Shown here one piece after another: positions 50,349-61,734 of a stretch of DNA of 64,000 bases (positions are counted from its first letter, which is position 1; the number at the start of each line of letters is the position of its first letter). The translations under genes were made by a program, and so were the position numbers. The notes beneath the pieces were generated by a model. That model saw only the letters and a program-made list of their open reading frames with translations. It was not told the DNA's origin and ran no database searches. Source of the stretch: a virus. The stretch is from the IMG/VR virus record IMGVR_UViG_3300033153_006243, positions 1 to 64,000 of that record; one strand, given 5' to 3'.

Positions 50349-52942
50349 TGGCCAATGTTGAGGGCATCTACGTCAAGGTAGTTGCCGACATCAAGCAATT
50401 CATGACGGGCATAGATAAAACTATGGCCAAGACGGAAGCCTTCGCAAGGAAGGCACGTGCCGCGTCTATGGCCGTCGCCGCTATCGGGGCTGCCGCGACT
50501 GCGGCCTTCGCCCTCTCCGTCAAGACCGCCGCCCAGTTCCAGCAGGAGCTAGCGAATACCCAATCCGTAGCGAATGCGACCAAAGTGGAATTAGGGAGGC
50601 TACGCGACGCTGCGGAGGACTTCGGGCGTACTACGATATTCACGGCAAAACAGGCGGCTGCCGCGATGTATGATCTTGCTTCCGCTGGATTGGATACCAC
50701 AGAGATTATCGAGACCCTTCCGGGAGTCATCGCCCTTGCCGCCGCTACACAGAACGACCTTGCTTTTACTTCCCAGCTTGTGACCGCATCCCTTAAGCAG
50801 TTCGGCCTCGCGACCTCGGAATCCGAGAGGATTGCGAACGTTATGGCGGCAACTATCTCGAAAACGAAGGCCACAATGGACAAGCTGGCCTCATCAATGG
50901 CTTATATCGGCCCGATTGCAAGCGCCATAGGGATGTCTCTTGAGGAAACCGCCGCCTCCCTGGGTCTACTTTACGATGCAGGATTCGAGGCGTCGATGGC
51001 AGCAACGGGATTGAGGATGGGAATCGCGCAACTCCTCGGCCCGACCCCAAAGGCTACTAAGCTTCTTGCTCAGATGGGCCTGACTGCTCAGGATGTAAAC
51101 GTCGAAATTCATGGGCTTGCTAATGTCATTGATAAATTAAGAGAAGCCGACATAGGCGCGACGGAAGCCTTCGAGATATTCGGGAACAGATCCGCCGCCG
51201 CGATGCTTAGCTTGACAAAGCAGGGAGGAGGGGCGCTTCGAGAACTAACTAAGGAAATTACAGGAACCGATGATGCCGCACGAATGTCCGCTCAGCAGCT
51301 TGATACCCTGCCGGGAAGAGGAAAGCTTTTGCTATCCGCCCTTGAGGGTCTGAAGATTGAGATTGGAACCTACCTTGTTCCTGCTCTTGAAGGCTTAACG
51401 GATAAATTAACAACGATAGTAAACGCAGTCACCAATTATTTAAAAGAGCATCCGGCGGTGGGTAAGGCACTAACCTTTCTCGGTTCAACTCTTGGTATAA
51501 TCGCTACAGTTCTAGGGACTATCGGAATTATTCTAGCCCCAGCTATTTATACCCTTAAAAGCATAAAGGTCGTGCTTATTGCGCTAGGCGTTAAGATAAA
51601 GGTTATAGTGGGGTTTCTTCTTTCCATCCCATCGGCCATCGCGGCGATCCTAGTCGCTGGGGCTGCCCTTCTTGCTTGGGTAGTCGCCTTCCCGATACAT
51701 TTTGTCCGTACAACGTCCAGAGTGAAGACCGCGCTACTTGGAATTGGGGAGGCTATAACCGAACTTCTTGAACAGTTCTTTAATCTTCTTGGGAAAATCC
51801 CCATCGTCAGCAAGGTATTTGAGAAACTAGCGGGGATTATCGAAAAGGTCGGGGATAAATTTGGGAAGGCAAAAGAAAAGGAGGAGAAGTTCCGTGCGGC
51901 GCTCGAATGGACCGAGGAGGAAGTCGAAGGGGTCGGAGAGGGGCTTGAAAAGGTAGGGGATAAGGTAGACGAGACCGCGAATAAGGTGAATGCCGCCGCG
52001 AATACTATGAAGGACGGCTTTGATGGGGTTGCCAATGCGGTAGGCGGAATGGCCGACCAGTTTGACGATGTAGAAAATAACGTTACAAATCTGACGAAGG
52101 CCCTTGAGACTTATGAGGAGTTTATCGAAAGGATAAATGCGGAGCGGGAGAGGGCGGCGAATGAGGAGAAGAATCTAGCCCGCTACCAGAAGGAAAGCCT
52201 TAAGGCGTTCAAGGAATCCGCGGTTGGGCGGATGCTTGGACTCAAAGAGGAAGCAGTAGGCCGCACTAAGGAAATCTACGAGTATAAGGCTAGGGAAGCA
52301 AGGGAGAAATATGTCGAGGATCGGCTTGCAAAATATCGGGAAAGATGGGGGGATAAACTTAGTGAGAAGAGAGAGAAGTCCGAAAGATCGAGGGCGGAAG
52401 CTACGGCGAAGGCTATGTTTCCTATGTATGATAAGTTAAACGAGCTTTTAGAGAAGAGAAAGGCCACGCTAATCGAGAAGTATGGGGAGGAGTCCGTTAA
52501 GAAGATCGACCTAACAAAGACCCTTCCTATGGGATTAAGGGAAATGATAGATGCAGCGAAGGGGAAGCAAAGGGCTGAGGTCGATTGGGATGTGGTGCTT
52601 AGGGGTCGGGGGGCAGAAATGGTTAGCGAGGCTAGAACTAAGAATATGATAGACGCGCTTAGTACCGCCGTTACCGCGGGCATAAAAATGGCAGTAGAAA
52701 CCCCAAGGGGATTTATACCAAAAGTTTCAAAGCCCGAAGTAGAAGCCAAACCCGTATCTGTTGAAGCCCAAAGGCAAATGAATCGGGAAATGATCAAGGG
52801 AACATTTACGGATCCCTTTACCCGTCTCGTATTCCAAAATACCTGGAACATCAAGGACGTAACCTTACAGGAACTGATCAAGAAATCCGCTAAGGAGCTT
52901 GAGGATCAGGTCAAAGCGGGAACGGCAAACGCGGGGGATTGA
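50348..52942 (+). CDS. Tape measure protein (TP901 family core)
   Basis: Ala-rich; FTAKQAA, ASMAATGLR, IFG..SA. Confidence 0.93.
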   Translation: MANVEGIYVKVVADIKQFMTGIDKTMAKTEAFARKARAASMAVAAIGAAATAAFALSVKTAAQFQQELANTQSVANATKVELGRLRDAAEDFGRTTIFTAKQAAAAMYDLASAGLDTTEIIETLPGVIALAAATQNDLAFTSQLVTASLKQFGLATSESERIANVMAATISKTKATMDKLASSMAYIGPIASAIGMSLEETAASLGLLYDAGFEASMAATGLRMGIAQLLGPTPKATKLLAQMGLTAQDVNVEIHGLANVIDKLREADIGATEAFEIFGNRSAAAMLSLTKQGGGALRELTKEITGTDDAARMSAQQLDTLPGRGKLLLSALEGLKIEIGTYLVPALEGLTDKLTTIVNAVTNYLKEHPAVGKALTFLGSTLGIIATVLGTIGIILAPAIYTLKSIKVVLIALGVKIKVIVGFLLSIPSAIAAILVAGAALLAWVVAFPIHFVRTTSRVKTALLGIGEAITELLEQFFNLLGKIPIVSKVFEKLAGIIEKVGDKFGKAKEKEEKFRAALEWTEEEVEGVGEGLEKVGDKVDETANKVNAAANTMKDGFDGVANAVGGMADQFDDVENNVTNLTKALETYEEFIERINAERERAANEEKNLARYQKESLKAFKESAVGRMLGLKEEAVGRTKEIYEYKAREAREKYVEDRLAKYRERWGDKLSEKREKSERSRAEATAKAMFPMYDKLNELLEKRKATLIEKYGEESVKKIDLTKTLPMGLREMIDAAKGKQRAEVDWDVVLRGRGAEMVSEARTKNMIDALSTAVTAGIKMAVETPRGFIPKVSKPEVEAKPVSVEAQRQMNREMIKGTFTDPFTRLVFQNTWNIKDVTLQELIKKSAKELEDQVKAGTANAGD

Positions 52943-52945
52943 CGA

Positions 52946-53392
52946 ATGGCTCTTGAATATAATATGGGAATCAAGCCGAGTGGAGGAGCCTTCACCGCCT
53001 TCCCCGCTTCCGTTACCCTACAGGAGTTCACCGTTGGTCAGGATACGATCTCGAATGAACACCAGGTTCCGCTCGCCGAAGGTATAGTTAGGACGGGATG
53101 GCGGCCCGGCGCGGTTACCATTACTATACGAGGAAGGGTAACCCAGACTTCCCACGTTGCGGCCCTTGATGATATCCAGGAGATCAGGAACCTCTTCCTT
53201 GATAACTCGAACTATAGGCTTGTCCGCTACCGGACGGGAAGCACGGATCAGGAATACTGGGAGGAGTGCTATACAGAAAGCTTTCGTTGGCCACGCGACC
53301 GAAAACCCCCACGGGTTATTGACTGGCAGGCAACCGTGATAGCGAGCGATCCTGAGCATTACCAGGCAACTCCGCTTGCTCAGGACCCCTGA
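52946..53392 (+). CDS. Distal tail protein-like
   Basis: Position after the TMP; ITIRG, ASDP. Confidence 0.55.
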   Translation: MALEYNMGIKPSGGAFTAFPASVTLQEFTVGQDTISNEHQVPLAEGIVRTGWRPGAVTITIRGRVTQTSHVAALDDIQEIRNLFLDNSNYRLVRYRTGSTDQEYWEECYTESFRWPRDRKPPRVIDWQATVIASDPEHYQATPLAQDP

Positions 53393-53493
53393 TAGTCCTT
53401 GAGATACGATTCTAAGTGCCCAGGACGCCCATAGCAGGACTTTAATCTCCTAGATGTACGATTAGAACTTAAGCCTGTAGAAAGCAAATTACG

Positions 53494-54120
53494 ATGGGAA
53501 CAGCGGCAGTAATTGGCAATGGCGCGGGAATGCTAAAGGAGGAGAGGTTGGGGGGGCTCATAGACTCCTTTGACGCCGTAGTCCGCGTGAACTGGTATCG
53601 CATTAGGGGCTACGAGGAATTCGTCGGCTCCCGAATAGACTACTGGGTTACTGATCTTCGTCCCGTAAAACACGGCCCGCCGGAGAATCTTGATCAGATC
53701 AAGGAGGTTTGGATCTACCCGTTCTACGAATTCTCGCCGGAGACCCATCAAGGCCACATCAAGTTCTGTCCCGATACGGAAATCGTTTCCAACAAGAAGT
53801 TCTATATGTGGACGTATGGCTTCATTCCAGGGAAAAGGTGGCCGTCGAATGGGTTTGGCGCACTGATGTATACCTTAACGAGGCTGAAGCCCTCTAAGCT
53901 CCTTTTAGCCGGGTTCGATTCCCTTCTCGACCCTACCGTTGCGTATACCTACTACTACGGTAAAATCGGCGTCAGTTCTAGGGAGGGAACCGGATTTGAT
54001 ATAGCACACTCGAACCATAGCCTTAAGGACGAGAATAGGGCATTTACAGAATTCACCCAAGATGGATATAGAGAAGAATGGAGGCGTAACGGATGCCAGC
54101 TCTTGATCTCTCAGTCGTAA
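53494..54120 (+). CDS. Glycosyltransferase, GT29-like (paralog of 30357)
   Basis: AVIGNG, IDSFDAVVRVN, VGSRID, PSNG, GFD, HSLKDE. Confidence 0.72.
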   Translation: MGTAAVIGNGAGMLKEERLGGLIDSFDAVVRVNWYRIRGYEEFVGSRIDYWVTDLRPVKHGPPENLDQIKEVWIYPFYEFSPETHQGHIKFCPDTEIVSNKKFYMWTYGFIPGKRWPSNGFGALMYTLTRLKPSKLLLAGFDSLLDPTVAYTYYYGKIGVSSREGTGFDIAHSNHSLKDENRAFTEFTQDGYREEWRRNGCQLLISQS

Positions 54121-54887
54121 TCTCCACGATGGGAAGGCCAAGGCTATTCGACCTCTGCTTAAGATCATTGGTAATGACGGAAATGAATCCGTCCCGATGG
54201 GAGATTGTCGTAATTGACGACGGGAGCCTCCCGCTAGATAAGGATCGGAACCGTGCTATAGTCAACTGGGTACGGGCGGAATCTCCCGTTGCCATCTCGT
54301 ATTTCTACCGCTCGATAAACATAGGTAGGCCGAACAATGTCGCGCTGCCGAGAAACTGTGGGCTTAGAAAGGCTAGGGGGAAATATATTGCCTTTGTAGA
54401 CGGAGATTGCGTATTCGTCAGCGATGTGATTCGGCGGGCGATGGACTGGATTAAGATGCTGGAGGAGACCGGCGTCCCTACGTTCATGACAAGCGGGGAT
54501 TGGGATAGGATATCAAAGGATTCAGGAGGGCGCTTCCATCGGAATATGTCCATCGGAAATGTCTCCTGTTCGCATAGGGGGGCGACCTCAAGCGTTCCGT
54601 TCGGCCCCTGGTTCTCCGTTGACCGCGAGGTGCTGCTACGGATCAACGGATTCGACGAGAGGTTTAGTACCTACGGCGGCGAGGACGAGGATATAGTATC
54701 GCGGCTAATGCGACTGCACTACCGTCCGTTCCGGGATACCCAGGTAATAGCGATTCATCTATATCATGATCCCGGAATAGCAGGGCAGGATAAGGAGCAG
54801 CACCAAAGGCAGAAGGAATGGATTCGCGAAAAGACCAACGTCCGTAACGAGGGGGTAGAATGGGGAATTTTATGCCTACCGAAATAG
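54093..54887 (+). CDS. Glycosyltransferase family 2
   Basis: SVVIST, IDDGS, RNCGL, FVDGD, GFDERF..YGGED, HLYH. Confidence 0.9.
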   Translation: MPALDLSVVISTMGRPRLFDLCLRSLVMTEMNPSRWEIVVIDDGSLPLDKDRNRAIVNWVRAESPVAISYFYRSINIGRPNNVALPRNCGLRKARGKYIAFVDGDCVFVSDVIRRAMDWIKMLEETGVPTFMTSGDWDRISKDSGGRFHRNMSIGNVSCSHRGATSSVPFGPWFSVDREVLLRINGFDERFSTYGGEDEDIVSRLMRLHYRPFRDTQVIAIHLYHDPGIAGQDKEQHQRQKEWIREKTNVRNEGVEWGILCLPK

Positions 54888-55723
54888 AGAAGACGTTCCC
54901 TCACCGTAAGATAGACGAGAAGGGACTGAAGGCGCGGGCTGAAGCCCTTAAGGATATGTCTGAATCCGTGAAGAAAAAGGTTGATCGGATTAACGGGCAG
55001 ATTTCGGATCTTACCATCATGAAGAAGGAGATTCGCTACGAATGGGTAGAGGCCGTTTGGCGGCTAGGGGTGATCCCCGGAAACGTAAGTGAGTTCAAGG
55101 TGCTTGCGGTGACGAAGGATGGACGGAACGTAGGCTGGAGCCTAAAGGAGCCGGAGTTCAAGGAGATTGATAGCGATGGAAAGTAGGATCATAGAGTCCG
55201 GGCCGATTGGCGGCGCTGCCGTTGTCTCGTCGGAAGGACTCTCCAAGTCGAGGGAGATATGGCCGGAAAGCAGCCCGGCCCCTAAGATCACGAAGGACCC
55301 TATCGTCATCGAGCGGGTGAAGATAGACCCGCAGGAGCTTGAGGCGGTTTCCGCTACCGTCATCTCGGATACCGAGAGGATGCTTACGGCCTTGAGGAAT
55401 ACGGAAAGCAAGATGGACGAAATCGTCGAGAAGGAATTCGAGGGGAATAGGCAGAAGGCGTTCGAGAACAGTAAGGAATACAAGGCGCTTTGGAAAGTTC
55501 ATAGGGGTACGGTGATGGACTGGGGGTCGGATATATCGAGGGCGAAGCTCCACGTAGGCAGGATTCCAACATGGGGGAGGAAGCCAAAGATCATGGCGTT
55601 GGGAACCGATGGGAAGACCAGGACATGGGAAAAGGGACAGGTTGGATTTAGAGCCGAGGCGCAGATCGTTCCTAAGCCTCTGGGTTCCCCTAGTTCCGGT
55701 GGATTGGAAGGGGAGACTCCCTA

Positions 55724-58700
55724 ATGGCCGACTATAGGCAGAGCTGGTTCTTTTATCGAATATCTAGCGCTTGGATGGGGCTCCCTATGACCTTCTATGG
55801 GGGCTACTATCATAACCCAGTTCAATATGGATTCCTTGACGCGCCGACAAGCTATACCCTAGATGATCTTGGCTTTCTAAGAACGGGAGGTATACACGAA
55901 TGGACATACCAGAAGAATAGTATCCCTATATTCCTCAGAAGGGATAACTGCGATAACTTTACTGACGGGGAGGTAGAGAATTATTGGACTATAACGAATA
56001 ATGGGGGTTCGGGAATATATGAAACTAACTCTCCGGTGGTTGCTACTTGGCCTGCGTGGTTTTATATTGCTGGGAGCTATGGGGGGGGAATGCGTAGGCA
56101 GGATGCCGTTGGACACGACCCGATGTCAACGGGGCACATGTGGGTAGATACATTTACCCACGGCGAGATGATACGGAATTTGAATAATAACGATACCGAA
56201 TTCTGGGTAGCAGCACGTCTCTGTCCAAGAGGTGGACCAACTGCAACAACAGGTACGATTGGAGCATGGTCTATATTCAATTCCGATGACTATTATACTT
56301 CGGGACTCTTCCTCTTTCCCGACCATGACGGCGGGTGGGGGGTAAATAAGAGATATAACCGAATCGAGATAGGTCTTACCTACGATTCCTCAATCGGCGG
56401 ATCAAATGTAGGTATCTGGTTTGCGGCATCTGCCTGGGATCCAGATGCAGGGGACGATATAAGGGACCATAATGTCGAAGAGGTACTTGATACGACAGAT
56501 GGTCCTGTTGAGGTAATGATCCAGCGTAGGAATATTAGCGGCATTACGGCGGATTGGTATGTCTATTATCGTATTCACGGTTCCGTTGGCGGACCGAACG
56601 ACTGGGGGGCTTGGCAGGAGGCGGACGATGCGGGGGTAAAGGCAGTAATCGCCGCTTGGGGGACCGCCTGGACAGACCCCGGTAGGCTAGACCAAAGCGT
56701 TACCTGTTACTGCGGAACATATGCGTATACCCAGAACGCCGGGTTAGATAACGAGCGGGCGTTCTTCGGAAGATTCCAGTATGGGCTTAACCCGTCTGAT
56801 CCGGCGTCTAACCAGCTATATCTTGAGGACCATTTAGCATCCGAGGAGATCGAGTTTAAGGAGGTTCTCACCGGGACCCCGTATGCCTATTGGGATATGA
56901 GCACATTTGACCATACTATTACCAATACATTAGTAACAAATGTCTTCGGTATCGAAGGATCCGCGAAGAACGATCTTGTCCAGTTTGCCTACGATATTGA
57001 TAACGACAATACGCCGTCCTATTCTGCCTATAAGACCCTTGCCCAAATGCAGGCAGAACCGGATAAGCATGGGAAGTATTTCCATCTGAAGGCGAAGTTG
57101 ATTGATGGCGCAGGAGCGCCTACTCCCTATGGTGGGGTTGTCTTTCCGGGGTCTTCTGATAATGAGGGGGAATATAGTTTTTTCGATTATGATGCCTCGA
57201 CGACCCCAGAGTTCGGGATAACGACCTGTGTATTCAAGTATGGGCCGGACTTCACATTCGAGGGTTCCCCGACTAGCGGCGGTCCACCCCTTTCCGTTAA
57301 TTTCTGGCCGATAATAGAGTCAAGTGCGACAGTAGTTTCCTCATGGGATTTCGGCGATCCCGATAGCGGAACGCTTAATTACTCGATGGAAACGACACCA
57401 ACCCACGTCTACAATGATTATGGGGTCTATTCGGTCGCCCTTACCTGCGAGAATCCGTATACTTGGACTACGGTAACCCGATCTGATTATATCACCGTAA
57501 TCGAACCACAGATAACCTACGCCGTAGATTTCGAGGGATCGCCGACTAGCGGGTATACCCCACTTAACGTCCAATTCTACGAGACGGGAAGCAACAAGAT
57601 GGCAAAGGCGTGGTCCTGGGACTTTGGGGACGGACAGACCTCGGCAAACGCCAACCCGTTCCATCTCTATTCCGAGGCCGGGGTATATACCGTAGCGATG
57701 ACGGGGACTAGCGTAGACGATGATTCCGATACCGAGACTAAGGTTAATTATATTACGGTAATCGACGAGGGGTCGCCCGGCCCGCAGCCGAACTTCTATT
57801 ACGAAAGCTCCCCGATAGATTCACGGGGGGGTATTGCCCCGTACCATGTTCACTTCTATGATGCATCGTCGAATAATCCCGACACCTGGAGCTGGGACTT
57901 TGATGGGGATGGGGTCGAAGATAGTACCCTCCAGAATCCAAGCTATACCTACGATTCGGCGGGGACCTATTCGGTTACTTTGGGGGTTTCGCGGGACGGG
58001 GGTTCCGTGAACTCGTTTACCTGGGGGAATCTGATTAACGTCGAAAGCTCATGGGCTCCTTCGGTTTCGGATTCCTACGAATACGGATTCAAGATATGGC
58101 ATCTCCCCTCGGCGAGCAGATATCTTGAGGGGGGACGGCACTTAATCTCTGATAATGCAGTAAAGCACTTCTCATGCTCCTATCTTGCTCGCGGGGGATT
58201 GGGCGGAGCGCGTCTAGTCTTAGCGAAGGAATGGACGAACCGGGCGTCAGAAGCTATAGAGATCGGGGACCCCATCGCCCTAATGAAGAAAAACTCCTCC
58301 GCCTATTCCGAGGAGGCTGGCTATATCCAGGTCTGGTACTACGGATACGTTTCCGAAATATCGAGCGATGCGGGATCGGACGAAGTTACCTACATCCTTG
58401 AGGGGCCGATGGGTAGGCTCGCCGGGATATATCCAGGCGGTAATTCGGACGACGATAAAACCATTTTCTATAAAACCCATATTTATAACATCTATACGGA
58501 GAACCCGAACGACCCCCGGCTTCTAGAATCAAGCTTCGTCATTGATAAGAACAACATCGAGGACATCGTAAAGGACCTATACGACCGATACCTCGCGACG
58601 CTAACCTTTTCGGAGAACCCGAACGATCTTGTCTATGGGGCGAGGGGAGTTACCCCTAGATTCTATTCGGAGGCGACCGCGGCGACTACGAACATTTTCT

Positions 58701-60151
58701 CCCTTCGCCTTGATGGGGAGCAGAGCCTTTGCGAGATAATGGATCAGCTCTGCATCCTCGCCGGGGATTACGTTTGGGGCGTCGATGTAAGATGCCATTA
58801 TGGAGGTAGCCCCGAATCTATTGTCTACGTTGAGCCGGTATTCTTCTTCCGTAAGAGATCGAGAGATGCCGGATACCCCGCAACTGCCTCCTTTGCCTTT
58901 GGAGATAGATCCTACCCGCTAACTAGCATCACCGAGACGGAATCCCGCAGATACCTATATAACGAACTCGCCCTTGAGGGCGGGTATATGTACGGCGGGC
59001 TACCCTATGTCGTTCCCTATGCGAGAGTGTGGAGACATGCAGGGTCCATTGCTAAGTACGGCAAACGGCGAATCTCGATGTGCTTCCCGATGGCAAAGAC
59101 CTATACCCAGGCGGAGCAGTATATCAACGAGTTCTTCTCTAAGTATTCCTTCCCCCACAAGTTCTACAGCGTTACTCAGATAGGATCGACGGAGCGGATA
59201 CAGCCGTGGCGAATGGAATACTATATCAATGGGGACGGCGACTGGACGCCGGAGGGCGGCCACATTATGCTGAAGAACGAAAGCGGAGGGGTCGTCGGGG
59301 TCTACGAGTTCGACGAAAGTACCCTAAACATTCTAGGCCCCACATCTGTCTGGACGGTAGAGCTTGGTCCAAGGAATCCAAAGCTGAAATCCGGGATTTC
59401 CACCCTGACTACATCGGGCCTAGGTGGCTCCCTACATATCGGTCCTGATGTAAGCACCCAAGCCCGCAAGACACAAGAAGCCATTACCCAGGACGACTAC
59501 GATACTCCATATAAGCCGGTTTACTTAGGATACGCCCAGGTATTATCGGGGGATTACGACGCCGATCTGAAGGATTATCTCTATACCATCATGCCGATTC
59601 AGGATCCTACGGGCATAATTGGCGTGGAACCGGAACGGATGGGGGAGTCTATCTCCGGCGTACTCAATATCCAGAGCGTCCTAATCATGCCTTCAGTTGC
59701 GGGGCACGGGAACCTTTCATATAGCGCGAGGAAGATCGTTCCGGGAACGATAGTGAACTACTATCGCGGGTGGAACCCAATAAAGCGCTCTTCATATTAC
59801 TATATCGCGGAGCAAGGCCAGAGGCTTGTTGCATACAGCATCAACCCCGTGAATAAGGGGGTTGTATCCACATTCACGGTAACGGCGGATATCCCGCCAG
59901 AAAGCGCATTCTATAATGGGCTCCGGTACGACCATGTTGCTCCGACCGTACAGACGTTCATCCAGGGTGGTGAGAAGGAAGACTGGACCGTTTGGGCCTC
60001 CTGGACAATGGATGATAACCCGAAGCTTCACGTCCACGGAAGAACCGTAGATAACCTTCCCCGCAGTACGGCTAGCCTAACTGTGGATCTCTGGTTCCTC
60101 GGCAATATTGAAAAGAGGAGCGACTGGGGATTCGCCTGGCCCATACTATAA
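55724..60151 (+). CDS. Large tail tip / adhesin protein with three PKD repeats
   Basis: Three SWDFGD/WDFDGDG...P.H.Y...G.Y.V repeats; 1475 aa. Confidence 0.8.
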   Translation: MADYRQSWFFYRISSAWMGLPMTFYGGYYHNPVQYGFLDAPTSYTLDDLGFLRTGGIHEWTYQKNSIPIFLRRDNCDNFTDGEVENYWTITNNGGSGIYETNSPVVATWPAWFYIAGSYGGGMRRQDAVGHDPMSTGHMWVDTFTHGEMIRNLNNNDTEFWVAARLCPRGGPTATTGTIGAWSIFNSDDYYTSGLFLFPDHDGGWGVNKRYNRIEIGLTYDSSIGGSNVGIWFAASAWDPDAGDDIRDHNVEEVLDTTDGPVEVMIQRRNISGITADWYVYYRIHGSVGGPNDWGAWQEADDAGVKAVIAAWGTAWTDPGRLDQSVTCYCGTYAYTQNAGLDNERAFFGRFQYGLNPSDPASNQLYLEDHLASEEIEFKEVLTGTPYAYWDMSTFDHTITNTLVTNVFGIEGSAKNDLVQFAYDIDNDNTPSYSAYKTLAQMQAEPDKHGKYFHLKAKLIDGAGAPTPYGGVVFPGSSDNEGEYSFFDYDASTTPEFGITTCVFKYGPDFTFEGSPTSGGPPLSVNFWPIIESSATVVSSWDFGDPDSGTLNYSMETTPTHVYNDYGVYSVALTCENPYTWTTVTRSDYITVIEPQITYAVDFEGSPTSGYTPLNVQFYETGSNKMAKAWSWDFGDGQTSANANPFHLYSEAGVYTVAMTGTSVDDDSDTETKVNYITVIDEGSPGPQPNFYYESSPIDSRGGIAPYHVHFYDASSNNPDTWSWDFDGDGVEDSTLQNPSYTYDSAGTYSVTLGVSRDGGSVNSFTWGNLINVESSWAPSVSDSYEYGFKIWHLPSASRYLEGGRHLISDNAVKHFSCSYLARGGLGGARLVLAKEWTNRASEAIEIGDPIALMKKNSSAYSEEAGYIQVWYYGYVSEISSDAGSDEVTYILEGPMGRLAGIYPGGNSDDDKTIFYKTHIYNIYTENPNDPRLLESSFVIDKNNIEDIVKDLYDRYLATLTFSENPNDLVYGARGVTPRFYSEATAATTNIFSLRLDGEQSLCEIMDQLCILAGDYVWGVDVRCHYGGSPESIVYVEPVFFFRKRSRDAGYPATASFAFGDRSYPLTSITETESRRYLYNELALEGGYMYGGLPYVVPYARVWRHAGSIAKYGKRRISMCFPMAKTYTQAEQYINEFFSKYSFPHKFYSVTQIGSTERIQPWRMEYYINGDGDWTPEGGHIMLKNESGGVVGVYEFDESTLNILGPTSVWTVELGPRNPKLKSGISTLTTSGLGGSLHIGPDVSTQARKTQEAITQDDYDTPYKPVYLGYAQVLSGDYDADLKDYLYTIMPIQDPTGIIGVEPERMGESISGVLNIQSVLIMPSVAGHGNLSYSARKIVPGTIVNYYRGWNPIKRSSYYYIAEQGQRLVAYSINPVNKGVVSTFTVTADIPPESAFYNGLRYDHVAPTVQTFIQGGEKEDWTVWASWTMDDNPKLHVHGRTVDNLPRSTASLTVDLWFLGNIEKRSDWGFAWPIL

Positions 60152-60197
60152 TAAGATTTTTCCTATCACGAATCCCTCTTTTTAGGGGTATAATAAT

Positions 60198-60575
60198 ATG
60201 AAGGCCGACGACATTGACGCCGCGGACTGCGAACGGATAGTAAGGCTCTTCCAGCCCCTAATGCTACTTTCCGACTGGAGAATTGAGGTTAAGGACGGGG
60301 AGACTAGCAAGGAGGAAAGGGCCGAGGCGTATATCAACGGAGGGGCTAAAAGCCTCCTAATCCGGGTATTCTCCGATTGCGAGGCTGGAAGAAATGAAAT
60401 TATGGTTCCCGTTGAGGAGACTATCCTACACGAAATGCTTCATGGGGTTCTTAATGATTTCTGTGAAAGCAGGGAACTTAAGGAAGATGATGAAGATTGG
60501 CTTTGCGACAGGTTCGCCGCTATTCTCTATAGGGTCTGGAGGAACGCGGATCGCCTAACGGCCCAATCGGAGTAA
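60198..60575 (+). CDS. HExxH metallopeptidase-like protein
   Basis: ILHEMLH...E. Confidence 0.55.
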   Translation: MKADDIDAADCERIVRLFQPLMLLSDWRIEVKDGETSKEERAEAYINGGAKSLLIRVFSDCEAGRNEIMVPVEETILHEMLHGVLNDFCESRELKEDDEDWLCDRFAAILYRVWRNADRLTAQSE

Positions 60576-60580
60576 GCCTT

Positions 60581-61678
60581 ATGTTGTACCAAAAGGTCTG
60601 CGAATATTGCGGGGAGCCGTTTGAAACTAGGGAATACCGGAGAAGATACCACCCGGAATGCGCGAGGAAATATAAGCGGGAACGGGCAAAGGAACTTCGG
60701 CGGGAAGATAGGAGGAGGAATAAGCAGGAGTTCACCTGCTCCCTTTGTGGTAAGAAGTATACGATCTCGATGTTGGGGAAGAACCTCGACGACTACAAAC
60801 GGGCATGTCCATCCTGCCGACCAAAGCTTGCTCATGAGAGTAAGAAGAAAAAGGAAGAAGAACTATTTAGGGAGCTTAAGGAAACCCAGGAATGGTATGA
60901 CAAGTGGCCCGTCCTTGAAGGCGACTGGATAGTCTCTGCGGATTTCCACGGCCACCGCCTCTTCCTCCCGATGCTAAAGAGGCTCATTACGATAGCCAAG
61001 AAGTTCGGGATACGGAACCTGCTCATCAACGGCGACCTCTTTGACGTGAATACCCTACAGCATTACGATATCTACGTCAAGGACTCCAACGTCCATAAGG
61101 AGATGGTGGCGGTTAGGAAGGTCATCGAGATTATCTTTATGCATTTCGACCGGGTAATCTGGACGATGGGAAACCACGACCTACGACTCCTTCGGGTAAT
61201 GCAATTCGAGGTTACGCCGGAAGACTTAGGCAGACGGATATGTGATAAGATGGATTCCGGGGAGCTCCAGGCTTCGCTCTATCCCTACGCGGTAATCAAG
61301 GGGAAGTTCGGGGACTACCGAATCACCCACCCGAATTCCTATGGAAATAGGACGGGAACCGTACCTAGAGCCTTATGCCATAAGTACCACAAGCACTGTA
61401 TCGTTACCCACGGGCATCATGGGGGGATGGAATGGGATGATAGCGGCGACTACATGGCGATAGACCTTGGGGCGATGACCCATCATCAGCTTCATCCCTA
61501 CATAATGTTCAGCGATACGACGCATAAGAGATGGAATCGGGACTTCGGGATGGTCTACCGGGGGTCCTGGTATAGATTCACCGATCATCCCGCAGCGACC
61601 GATTGGGACTTCTGGCTAAAGGCGGTTGACCCGCGCAAGCTGGAGGGGAGAGAGAGAAAAGAGGAGATGCCCATTTGA
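60581..61678 (+). CDS. Metallophosphoesterase with N-terminal Zn ribbons
   Basis: ADFH, NGDLFD, GNHD, THP, HGHH; CxxC pairs. Confidence 0.85.
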   Translation: MLYQKVCEYCGEPFETREYRRRYHPECARKYKRERAKELRREDRRRNKQEFTCSLCGKKYTISMLGKNLDDYKRACPSCRPKLAHESKKKKEEELFRELKETQEWYDKWPVLEGDWIVSADFHGHRLFLPMLKRLITIAKKFGIRNLLINGDLFDVNTLQHYDIYVKDSNVHKEMVAVRKVIEIIFMHFDRVIWTMGNHDLRLLRVMQFEVTPEDLGRRICDKMDSGELQASLYPYAVIKGKFGDYRITHPNSYGNRTGTVPRALCHKYHKHCIVTHGHHGGMEWDDSGDYMAIDLGAMTHHQLHPYIMFSDTTHKRWNRDFGMVYRGSWYRFTDHPAATDWDFWLKAVDPRKLEGRERKEEMPI

Positions 61679-61703
61679 CTTTTCTTTACAAATGGGGTAT
61701 AAT
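61675..61703 (+). promoter_or_regulatory. sigma70 promoter of the tRNA cluster
   Basis: TTGACT-17 bp-TATAAT. Confidence 0.85.
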
Positions 61704-61734
61704 GATAGAACGTTGGGGGCAGTATCCGCCCCTA

